Source: Candidatus Omnitrophota bacterium
GTDB taxonomy: Bacteria > Omnitrophota > Gorgyraeia > Aquiviventales > Aquiviventaceae
Assembly (NCBI GenBank): GCA_023247275.1
Contig: JAHFGT010000005.1
Span: 124 to 64,123, forward strand
Length of the DNA stretch: 64,000 nt
Reading direction: 5' to 3'
The notes under the pieces are model-generated. The model was not told the origin of the DNA and searched no databases. It was given only the letters and a program-made list of their open reading frames with translations. Both the position numbers and the translations under genes were made by a program. This document shows positions 54,237-62,216 of the stretch, piece by piece; position 1 is the first letter of the stretch; each line of letters opens with the position of its first letter.

Positions 54237-54371
54237 TTACCGGCTCCGCCGGCTGCGGCGACGCTGACCACCTCGAGCCATCTTGGCTCTCGAGATGTCA
54301 CCTTGCTTATCAACGAAGTACAAATAGCCGGCCTGCTTCTTGACTCCGACTTTTGCCACCTTCTCTGCCAC
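54237..54371 (-). CDS. Small basic protein (44 aa), family not recognised
   Basis: Not in the ORF track. GTG start is preceded by GGGAAGGGGGTGA (SD) at 6-nt spacing. Translation: VAEKVAKVGVKKQAGYLYFVDKQGDISRAKMARGGQRRRSRRSR. Hairpins bracket it on both sides. The longer 94-aa track ORF here is in another frame and looks spurious. Confidence 0.45.
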   Translation of the reverse strand: MAEKVAKVGVKKQAGYLYFVDKQGDISRAKMARGGQRRRSRRSR

Positions 54372-54448
54372 GACACGTCACCCCCTTCCCCGTCCGCGTG
54401 TCCAGGTTATCACTGATCGCCACCCCGGGTTGTGGCGACCTCCTTGGT

Positions 54449-55255
54449 TCATGTGCCGATTTGGATGGGGCTGAACAGCCGCTCCAGCGTCGCGATGGCC
54501 GAGCGAACCGCCAATTCACTCGTCTTGGGATTGGCGCTGGGCCGACTCTCAATCACGCAGCGGATTCGCCCACAATCGCCTTCGATGTCCAGCTCATGGC
54601 GGTTCATGCGCAGTTGCGGATCGGCGATCACGCGAATCCGAGGTTGGCGACTCGAGCCTTGGCTGGCCAAGGCGAGCGCGGCGGCGATATTGGTATTCTG
54701 TGGGAACGCGGCCACCGCCGCTGCTGGGGATCCGGTGAAGATGAGCTTGGCGCGGCGGAGACGGTCCAGTCGCAGGCCGCGTCGTCGTACGTATGGAGCG
54801 TCGGCCAATGCGCGAGCCGGCTTACGGGTCGTGAGGGAGAGTCGACGAATGCGGCCAGTGGCTAAGGCCTTGACGCCGTCGAGTCCGGCCAGCGCCCCGC
54901 TCGGCACATACATCCGGCGACCGGCCTGCTGCGCGAGCCGTTGCCATTCTGGAACTCGTAGCAGGCCACCGACACTCATGACGAACACATCACACCCGGC
55001 GCGCAGCGCTGCACGAACCACCTGGGGCACGATCTCGATCGATGCCGCCTCAAGGATAAGCTGACTGCGCTGAACCAAGGCAGGTAACTCGAGTACTGGC
55101 GGCTGGTGGCGGAGCTGCTGGCGGAGCGCGATGGCTCGCACGGCATCCCTGTCGTGCAGACCGACCAACCGAGCCGCATGCCCATACGACTGTTCAATGG
55201 CGTGTGCAAGCCTGGACCCAATGGTCCCACAACCAACCAGACCTACCCGAAGCAT
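54449..55255 (-). CDS. nadX: L-aspartate dehydrogenase
   Basis: [17 protein letters not shown] Rossmann N-terminus and overall NadX-like length (268 aa). The start at ATG 55255 overlaps the panD stop by 1 nt. Confidence 0.7.
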   Translation of the reverse strand: MLRVGLVGCGTIGSRLAHAIEQSYGHAARLVGLHDRDAVRAIALRQQLRHQPPVLELPALVQRSQLILEAASIEIVPQVVRAALRAGCDVFVMSVGGLLRVPEWQRLAQQAGRRMYVPSGALAGLDGVKALATGRIRRLSLTTRKPARALADAPYVRRRGLRLDRLRRAKLIFTGSPAAAVAAFPQNTNIAAALALASQGSSRQPRIRVIADPQLRMNRHELDIEGDCGRIRCVIESRPSANPKTSELAVRSAIATLERLFSPIQIGT

Positions 55256-55632
55256 TACTCGTTGGAGCACGCCTCGGTGACAACCTGGCGGATCCGGTTC
55301 TCCTCATCCACTAACACGATTTTCGGCGTCAATTCGCTGAGTTCTTCTCGTGTCACGTGCGCGTAGGCGATAATGATGATCTGATCACCGGCGGATATCA
55401 GTCGGGCTGCGGCGCCGTTGATGCACACAGTGCCTGACCCTGGCGTTCCCTCAATGCAATACGTCACCAGACGAGCTCCATTGGTGACATCCACCACATG
55501 GACTTGCTCGTAGGGTGCCAGATCAGCGGCCTGCATGAGCTCAGCATCCAGCGTCAAACTTCCCGTATACGCCAGATTGGCTTCGGTCACCGTCGCACGA
55601 TGAATTTTTGCTCTGCAGACTGTGCGCAACAT
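55255..55632 (-). CDS. panD: Aspartate 1-decarboxylase
   Basis: [29 protein letters not shown] includes the G-S self-processing site. Also [12 protein letters not shown] and NGAAARL. Confidence 0.9.
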   Translation of the reverse strand: MLRTVCRAKIHRATVTEANLAYTGSLTLDAELMQAADLAPYEQVHVVDVTNGARLVTYCIEGTPGSGTVCINGAAARLISAGDQIIIIAYAHVTREELSELTPKIVLVDEENRIRQVVTEACSNE

Positions 55633-55642
55633 CGTCGAGACA

Positions 55643-56491
55643 TTATGGCACGTCGACGAGAATATTGTCAATCAGCCGCGTCCGGCCGATCCAGACGGCG
55701 ACCAGGATCGCCAGCGCCCCGTGCAACCGCCATTGCGGCTCTAGTGTGCGCGCGTGGACGATGGCGACATAATCGATTCGCGCCGACGTCGCTGCGCTGA
55801 TCAGTTGACGCATCTCGTCGATCAACGGGCCAGCATCCCCCGCGCCGGCCTGGATGCGGGTTCGTGCCAACTCCAACGCCTGGACCAGCACGGTCGCCTG
55901 CCGACGCTCAGCCGGACGAAGAGATGCGTTGCGCGAACTCATTGCGAGGCCATCAGCTTCACGGACCGTTGGCAGCACATGGATCCGACATCGGAACCGC
56001 AGATCGGCGGCCATGCGACGAATCACCACGCTTTGCTGATAGTCCTTCTGGCCGACGTAGGCGTTGGTCGGCTGAGTGAGCTGGAACAGGATCGCCACCA
56101 CCGTGGCCACACCACGGAAATGGCCTAATCGTGAAGCGCCTTCCCACCGCGCAACCAGCTCTCCGACATCAATGCCGGTTTGGAACCCTGCTGGGTAGAT
56201 CTCGGTGATGGACGGGGCGAACACCAGATCCGCCCCAGTGGCTGCTGCCAGACGCCTGTCCTTGGTCAACGATCTGGGATACCGCTTGAAATCTTCCTGC
56301 GGGCCGAACTGAAGTGGATTCACAAAAATGGTCACGATGACGATATCATTCTGCTCACGCGCGACTCGAATGAGCGAGAGGTGTCCCTCATGCAGCGCAC
56401 CCATAGTCGGCACCACACCCACGCGACGGCGCTGTTGCTGATACCCAGCCGTCAGCGCGGCCATCTGTTTGACAGACCGGACCAGCTTCAT
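55643..56491 (-). CDS. panC: Pantoate--beta-alanine ligase
   Basis: [28 protein letters not shown] and VGQKDYQQ. Confidence 0.9.
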   Translation of the reverse strand: MKLVRSVKQMAALTAGYQQQRRRVGVVPTMGALHEGHLSLIRVAREQNDIVIVTIFVNPLQFGPQEDFKRYPRSLTKDRRLAAATGADLVFAPSITEIYPAGFQTGIDVGELVARWEGASRLGHFRGVATVVAILFQLTQPTNAYVGQKDYQQSVVIRRMAADLRFRCRIHVLPTVREADGLAMSSRNASLRPAERRQATVLVQALELARTRIQAGAGDAGPLIDEMRQLISAATSARIDYVAIVHARTLEPQWRLHGALAILVAVWIGRTRLIDNILVDVP

Positions 56492-56507
56492 GGACTACAG
56501 CTCATCG

Positions 56508-56574
56508 CGCGAATCGGGGACAGCCACTGATCTCCTATCCGTAAACTGAGAGATCAGTGGCTGTCCCCGATTTT
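56508..56574. mobile_element. 67-bp palindromic MITE-like insertion flanked by a 9-bp direct duplication
   Basis: Perfect 23-bp inverted repeat: 56512..56534 aatcggggacagccactgatctc and 56550..56572 gagatcagtggctgtccccgatt, with a 15-nt loop. The direct repeat agctcatcg is at 56499..56507 and 56575..56583. Deleting the element plus one repeat copy restores a folK ending ...DEL-TAG 3 nt before the panC ATG. Confidence 0.55.
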
Positions 56575-57035
56575 AGCTCATCGAGCAGTTGCTGGATCGT
56601 GCGATTTAGGATGGGATGCGTGACCTCAGGAGCGAGTTGAGCCAACGGCTCAAGGACAAATCGCCGCTGGTGCAGACGCGGATGCGGGATCATCAGTCTT
56701 GGATCGTGGACCACGCGATCGTCATACAGTAGCAGGTCCAGATCAATCGGCCGTGGACCCCAACGCTCGGCTGATCGCGTTCGCCCCAGGCCCTGCTCAA
56801 TGCTGTGAAGGATTCGGAGCAGATCGGCGGGCTCATGTTCGGTGTGAATTTCAATCGCGGTATTGAAATAGTTGTCTTGCGGCGGCCCGCCCTCTGGCTG
56901 GGTCTCGATGATCGATGCCATCTGTACCACCCGGATCTGCGGCGTCTGGCTGAGCCGACGGATGGCTTGGGAGATCTGTTCGAGCCGGTCGCCTTGGTTC
57001 GACCCTATACCGATAAAGGCACGGGTCATCGTCAA
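56535..57035 (-). CDS. folK: 2-amino-4-hydroxy-6-hydroxymethyldihydropteridine diphosphokinase
   Basis: AFIGIGSNQGDR and ERWGPRPIDLDLLLY...PHPR are HPPK motifs. The last 12 codons (KSGTATDLSVYG) are encoded by the palindromic element. Confidence 0.85.
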   Translation of the reverse strand: MTMTRAFIGIGSNQGDRLEQISQAIRRLSQTPQIRVVQMASIIETQPEGGPPQDNYFNTAIEIHTEHEPADLLRILHSIEQGLGRTRSAERWGPRPIDLDLLLYDDRVVHDPRLMIPHPRLHQRRFVLEPLAQLAPEVTHPILNRTIQQLLDELKSGTATDLSVYG

Positions 57036-57043
57036 TCGCTGCC

Positions 57044-58225
57044 TTAGAGGATCTGTTGGATTCGCCTGACCGCTTCCTGGATCCGCTCAATCGGCATGGT
57101 AAGCGAGAAGCGCACATACCCTTCGCCTGCAGATCCGAATCCAACTCCAGGCGTGATCACCAGATGCGCGCGCTCCAAGACCCGCGTCGCAAATGCCATG
57201 GAGGATGATTCCGTGTTCGGCAGCCGAGCCCACACGTAAAAACTCGCTTTCGGCGCCGGGACGTCCCAGCCACAGCTCTTTAACCCAGCCACCAACGCAT
57301 CTCGCCTCGCTTGGTAGGTGGTCACCGCGTGTCGCATCGGTTCCTGATCGCCTTCAAGCGCCTCGATTCCAGCCCACTGGATCGCCTGAAAAATTCCAGA
57401 GTCAAGGTTCGTCTTCAATTGCGTCAACGCAGCAATGACACCAGCGTTCCCGCACACCCATCCGATTCGCCAGCCGGTCATGTTGTAGGTCTTTGACAAG
57501 CTATGAAACTCGACCCCGACCGTCTTCGCATCCGGGACCTGGAGAAAGCTCATCGGCTGACATCCGTCGAACGCGATCTCTGAGTAGGCCGCGTCATGGG
57601 CGACCAGAATTCCATAGTCAGACGCCAATTGGACGGCCTGGGCGAACTGCTCCTCGGTGGCGACCGCGGCGGTCGGATTGTTCGGATAATTCAGGAACAT
57701 CAGCTTCGCACGCTGGGCGGCCTTCTGGCTGACCCCGCCAAGATCTGGAAAAAACTGCAGGTCCTCTTCAAGCGGCATGGACACCACCTCAGCGCCGGCG
57801 AACCGTGCGCCGCTACGATACGGTGGATAACAGGGATCCGGGACCAGCACGACATCGCCTGGATTGGCCACCGCCAATGGCAAGTGCGCGATCCCTTCCT
57901 TTGATCCTAGCAGCGGCAAGATCTCCATCTCTGGGTCAAGCGCCACATGGAATCGTCGCCCATACCAGCGCGCGATCGCTTCACGTAACGGTTTGATCCC
58001 CTCGCTAAAGCTATACCGATGGTTCGATGGATCATCAACGGCGGTCTTCAACCGTTCTCGAATATGGGATGGGGTCGGCAGATCCGGGTCGCCAACACCG
58101 AGATCAATCACATCCTTGCCCTCGCTGATCAGTCGCCGCTTGGCTCGATCCAACTCAACGAACACATAGGGCGGCAGCTGTTTCAAACGATCCGCTTTGC
58201 ACTCTGTGGCAATCGCAGGGGTCAT
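57044..58225 (-). CDS. dapL: LL-diaminopimelate aminotransferase (class I/II aminotransferase)
   Basis: LKQLPPYVFVELDRAKRRLISEGKDVIDLGVGDPDLPTP and PLP-lysine region SLSKTYNMTGWRIGW. It sits between folK and dapB in a dapA/B/F-lysA cluster. Confidence 0.75.
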   Translation of the reverse strand: MTPAIATECKADRLKQLPPYVFVELDRAKRRLISEGKDVIDLGVGDPDLPTPSHIRERLKTAVDDPSNHRYSFSEGIKPLREAIARWYGRRFHVALDPEMEILPLLGSKEGIAHLPLAVANPGDVVLVPDPCYPPYRSGARFAGAEVVSMPLEEDLQFFPDLGGVSQKAAQRAKLMFLNYPNNPTAAVATEEQFAQAVQLASDYGILVAHDAAYSEIAFDGCQPMSFLQVPDAKTVGVEFHSLSKTYNMTGWRIGWVCGNAGVIAALTQLKTNLDSGIFQAIQWAGIEALEGDQEPMRHAVTTYQARRDALVAGLKSCGWDVPAPKASFYVWARLPNTESSSMAFATRVLERAHLVITPGVGFGSAGEGYVRFSLTMPIERIQEAVRRIQQIL

Positions 58226-58243
58226 CAGTCACCTCAACGGATT

Positions 58244-59014
58244 CTAGCGCCCCGGCTCAGTCGCCCGAAGCACATGGCTCATGTCATACAGCCCTGGGGG
58301 TTGCGTTGCGACAAATTGCGCAGCGCGCACAGCCCCCTGAGCAAAGATCTCACGGCTCTGCGCGCGGTGCGTCAACTCGATCCGCTCTGCACCCGCCGCA
58401 AAGATTACCGTATGATCGCCGATGATCTCTCCGGCCCGGATCGCATGCATCGGGATTGCGCCAGGCGATTGGTGTCGGGCAGACGCCACGACGTCGGCCA
58501 ACCGCTTGGCAGTGCCGCTGGGCGAATCCTTTTTCCCTTTGTGATGACTTTCAACAATGTCAACGTCCACCGATGGACCCAGCCGTCGCGCCGCCAATTC
58601 GACCAGCTCGAACAGGACAGTGACACCGATACTCATGTTCGGGCTGAGCAGAATCGGCACGCGTCGCGCAGCGGCTTGCACCACCGCACGCTGAGCATCG
58701 GTCAACCCGGTAGTGCCAATGACCATCGGTTTGCCCAGTGATTGCGCCAGCTCCACATGCTGCACCGTGGGCTCTGGCAGGGTGAACTCGATCAGGACAT
58801 CTCCACGACTGATCGCCGTCTTGGCATCCTCGCTGACCGGCGGCAGCCCGTTCATTTGCAGACCGAGCACGGTAGCGTACGATTGTCCGATGGCTGGATG
58901 GCCGGGCGCTTCAAACGCCGCGACCACGCTCGCTGCCGACTCGCGTAACGCACATCGGGCAATGGCCTGCCCCATGCGTCCACAACACCCGCTGATCGTC
59001 AGCTTGAGAGCCAT
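58244..59014 (-). CDS. dapB: 4-hydroxy-tetrahydrodipicolinate reductase
   Basis: LKLTISGCCGRMGQAI, IGTTGL and ESHHKGKKDSPSGTA. Confidence 0.9.
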   Translation of the reverse strand: MALKLTISGCCGRMGQAIARCALRESAASVVAAFEAPGHPAIGQSYATVLGLQMNGLPPVSEDAKTAISRGDVLIEFTLPEPTVQHVELAQSLGKPMVIGTTGLTDAQRAVVQAAARRVPILLSPNMSIGVTVLFELVELAARRLGPSVDVDIVESHHKGKKDSPSGTAKRLADVVASARHQSPGAIPMHAIRAGEIIGDHTVIFAAGAERIELTHRAQSREIFAQGAVRAAQFVATQPPGLYDMSHVLRATEPGR

Positions 59015-59020
59015 TGGATT

Positions 59021-59144
59021 CAGATATCAGAGGCCAGAGGGCAGAGATCAGAAGAAACATGCTGCGTAGCCCTCATGCTCTCCTTCCCCCTTGTCCCTTA
59101 ACATCTCGTTCTCTGACTTCTGACTTCTGACCTCTGACCTCTGG
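59021..59144. repeat. Inverted arrays of a CAGA-type heptamer flanking a 54-bp core, in the dapA-dapB spacer
   Basis: Left arm 59021..59054: CAGATA TCAGAGG CCAGAGG GCAGAGA TCAGAAG. Right arm 59109..59144 is the reverse complement of CCAGAGG TCAGAGG TCAGAAG TCAGAAG TCAGAGAA. The same heptamer type occurs at 5851..5925. Confidence 0.5.
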
Positions 59145-60029
59145 AGTTTTCAGCAGCCCGTGCCGCTCTAGTGCGGACGTCAGGCGAGCGAGGTTCGCTT
59201 CTGACATCGGGCACAACGGCAACCGGAGTCCAGGCTCGATCAGGCCCAGGAGTCCCATCGCGGTCTTGACTGGGATCGGATTGGTCTCAACAAACAGCGC
59301 CTTGGCCAACGGCAATAATTTCCGATGCCATTCCAGCGCCTCAGCCTGTCGGCCGGCCAGCGCGGCACCCACCATCGCCGCGGTGTCGGCTGGAACCAGA
59401 TTCGCCACGACAGAGATGACCCCGGTGCCACCGATCGACATTACCGGTAACGTGAGTCCATCATCGCCTGAGAGCAGCGTCAGCTTGCCGTTGGTCAATT
59501 CCAGGATCCGCGCCATCTGTTCAAGGTTACCGCTCGCTTCTTTCACGCCGATGATGGTCGGGATCTCCGCCAGCCTCGCGAACGTCTCCGGCTCGATATT
59601 CACGGCGGTCCTCGAGGCAATGTTATAGAGCACCAGCGGCAGATCCACCGCCTCAGCAATTGCCTTGAAATGCAGATACAGGCCTTGCTGCGTCGGCCGG
59701 TTGTAGTACGGGGCAATCAACAGCGCCGCATCCGCGCCAGCTTCTTTAGCATGCCGTGTGAGCCGAATGGCTTCTCTGGTGTTGTTGGAACCGGTCCCGG
59801 CAATCACCGGGATCCTCCCCCGGGCCGCCTGGACGGTGACATCGATCACCTGATCGTGCTCATCAAACGACAACGTCGCGGATTCGCCGGTGGTCCCGCA
59901 TGGCACCAGCGCCGTGGTCCCGGACTCGATCTGGTGCTCAATCAGCCGCCGCAACGCTGCTTCATCGACCGCCTCCTGTCGAAACGGCGTCACCATGGCG
60001 ACCATCGATCCGCGCAGGGCGAGTGTCAT
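59073..60029 (-). CDS. dapA: 4-hydroxy-tetrahydrodipicolinate synthase
   Basis: MVAMVTPF, GTTGESATLS and catalytic Lys region IIGVKEASGN. The ATG 60029 forms an ATGA overlap with the dapF stop. The last ~24 codons (TPEVRGQKSEVRERDVKGQGGRRA) are encoded by the heptamer-repeat element. Confidence 0.9.
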   Translation of the reverse strand: MTLALRGSMVAMVTPFRQEAVDEAALRRLIEHQIESGTTALVPCGTTGESATLSFDEHDQVIDVTVQAARGRIPVIAGTGSNNTREAIRLTRHAKEAGADAALLIAPYYNRPTQQGLYLHFKAIAEAVDLPLVLYNIASRTAVNIEPETFARLAEIPTIIGVKEASGNLEQMARILELTNGKLTLLSGDDGLTLPVMSIGGTGVISVVANLVPADTAAMVGAALAGRQAEALEWHRKLLPLAKALFVETNPIPVKTAMGLLGLIEPGLRLPLCPMSEANLARLTSALERHGLLKTPEVRGQKSEVRERDVKGQGGRRA

Positions 60030-60940
60030 CGATGTCGGTGACCGTTCCACGGCACGGTGCCTTGCGTCATTTGCCGGACCTCTCCTTCAAGGAACGCCTG
60101 TCCACAGATCATTTGACGACGCCGCGGATTGTAGCGCGCGCTCAATTCGACTCTGAGCTGGCCACCCGGAACATCAACGTCAATTTCAAACCGCGCAGTC
60201 GACCGCCTCGCGTCCTGGCGGCCAGAGACGATCTTGTACGCAACACTGGCGGCAGCGGCAACAGCGCCGGTGCCGCAGGCATGCGTTTCAGCCTCAACGC
60301 CGCGTTCGTACGTTCGCATCGCCATCTGCACCTTCCATACCCCTCTGGTTTGTGTGATCGCGCCGAGGGATGGGACACGAATGAAATCGACGTTCGTCCC
60401 CGCGGGTTGGAACCGGCGATGGGACCGCAGTGCGTGGCCCAACGATTGCACCGGCACGCGACGAAGGTCGTTCATCCAACACACCAGATGCGGCACGCCA
60501 GAATCGATCACATCGACTCTGGCAAACGCCCGCCCGCCGGCGCGCAATCCTGGCAGATGATCCAGCACTCTTGGAACGCCCATGTCCACCCGCACCCGAT
60601 GACCTGGCAAGATCGTGGCGCGCCGAACCCCGGCGTTCGTTTGAATCGTTAGTCGTGTTCCCAAGCCATGCGCCGCCGCATACGCCGCGACACACCGGAC
60701 CCCATTGCCGCACATCGATGGCTCAGATCCGTCCGGGTTAAAAATCCGCATGCGCACATCAGCCCGGGGAGACCGCCCAAGCACCAAGAGCCCATCCGCT
60801 CCGATGTTGGCGCGCCGGTCACACAATGTTGTCGCAAGCCGTGTCCATCGAGGCTGGCTGGTCGCCTGCTGTTGCCGCGCATCGATCAAAATAAACTCGT
60901 TCCCGGTCCCGGTCAATTTCGTATACCGAATGGTGGTCAT
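60026..60940 (-). CDS. dapF: Diaminopimelate epimerase
   Basis: FTKLTGTGNEFILID, and the two catalytic Cys contexts MCGNGVRC and ACGTGAVAAA. Confidence 0.9.
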   Translation of the reverse strand: MTTIRYTKLTGTGNEFILIDARQQQATSQPRWTRLATTLCDRRANIGADGLLVLGRSPRADVRMRIFNPDGSEPSMCGNGVRCVAAYAAAHGLGTRLTIQTNAGVRRATILPGHRVRVDMGVPRVLDHLPGLRAGGRAFARVDVIDSGVPHLVCWMNDLRRVPVQSLGHALRSHRRFQPAGTNVDFIRVPSLGAITQTRGVWKVQMAMRTYERGVEAETHACGTGAVAAAASVAYKIVSGRQDARRSTARFEIDVDVPGGQLRVELSARYNPRRRQMICGQAFLEGEVRQMTQGTVPWNGHRHR

Positions 60941-62214
60941 CGGATGAGCGATCGGGGTATCACGTCGTGCCGGATCAGATCTTTCAATGTCTCACGCTGG
61001 CGGATCACCGCCCATCGTCGCCCACGGACCAGCACTTCGGCCGGACGAAGCCGGCCATTATAGTTTGATGTCATCGTGGACCCATAGGCGCCGGCACCCA
61101 AGATGGCGAGAAGCACTCCTGGTTCCATCACGCCAAGCGACCGACGACGGGCCAGCACATCAGCGCTCTCGCACACCGGCCCCACCACATCATACACCCC
61201 TGCTCTATGCCACCCAGTCACCGGGGCGGTGACCGGCATGACTTCATGATAGGCGCCGTACAACGCTGGGCGAATCAAATCGTTCATCCCGGCATCCACG
61301 ACAGCGAACCGCTTGCCGCGCGCCTGTTTGATATACAGCAGCTCGGTCACGAGCAACCCAGCGTTACCGATGATGAACCGTCCTGGCTCAAGAATGAGTC
61401 GAACCTGCAGCTGTCGGATCAGCGGCAGCACCGCCGCCGCAAACGCCTGTGGCGTCTGCGGGCGCTCGTCCTTATAGATAATCCCCAATCCGCCACCAAG
61501 GTTGAGCCATTCCAGCGGGACACCGACCGCCCGACCCTGCTCTAACACCTCAGCGACTCGGCGGATCGCTTTGACAAATGGCGCCGAGTCGCTAATTTGC
61601 GAGCCGATATGCACATGCAGCCCGATGAACCGGATCCCAGGATAGTCAGCATGCCGGCGCAGCAAGGTGATCGCGGTGACCCGATCGATTCCAAATTTGG
61701 TCTCTGCGACCCCGGTGGTAATGTAGGTGTGGGTGTGCGCATCCACATCCGGGTTGATCCGCAACGCTACCCTAGCGGTGGTACGCATCCGTCGTGCGAT
61801 ATCGTTGATCGCTGCTAGTTCTGGCGCGGATTCAACGTTGAAGCAAAAAATCCCGGCGGTCAGCGCGTGGCGGATCTCATCCGGCCGCTTGCCCACGCTG
61901 GCAAATACGATCCGCGAAGCCGGACAACCGGCTTGCTGGGCCTTGTACAGCTCACCGCCAGAAACAATATCCAATCCAGCGCCCTGCTGCACCACCAGCC
62001 GCAGGATCGCCAGATTGCCGTTGGCTTTCACCGAAAAACAGATCAGCGGGGCGTGCGCACCGAACGCGGCTCGCAGCCGTCTGACATGCTCCACCAGCGT
62101 CTTGTAGCTATAGATGTAGACCGGTGTCCCAACCGCTTTGGCAATCCGAGCAACCAGGACCTGCTCGCAGCACAGGTCCCCATGGCGACGATGCAGATCA
62201 TGCGGGTAGTACAT
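60937..62214 (-). CDS. lysA: Diaminopimelate decarboxylase
   Basis: GTPVYIYS, FSVKAN, GLHVHIGSQ and EPGR are fold-type III PLP decarboxylase motifs. The start is ATG 62214, or GTG 62220 overlapping the argH stop. Confidence 0.9.
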   Translation of the reverse strand: MYYPHDLHRRHGDLCCEQVLVARIAKAVGTPVYIYSYKTLVEHVRRLRAAFGAHAPLICFSVKANGNLAILRLVVQQGAGLDIVSGGELYKAQQAGCPASRIVFASVGKRPDEIRHALTAGIFCFNVESAPELAAINDIARRMRTTARVALRINPDVDAHTHTYITTGVAETKFGIDRVTAITLLRRHADYPGIRFIGLHVHIGSQISDSAPFVKAIRRVAEVLEQGRAVGVPLEWLNLGGGLGIIYKDERPQTPQAFAAAVLPLIRQLQVRLILEPGRFIIGNAGLLVTELLYIKQARGKRFAVVDAGMNDLIRPALYGAYHEVMPVTAPVTGWHRAGVYDVVGPVCESADVLARRRSLGVMEPGVLLAILGAGAYGSTMTSNYNGRLRPAEVLVRGRRWAVIRQRETLKDLIRHDVIPRSLIR

Positions 62215-62216
62215 GG

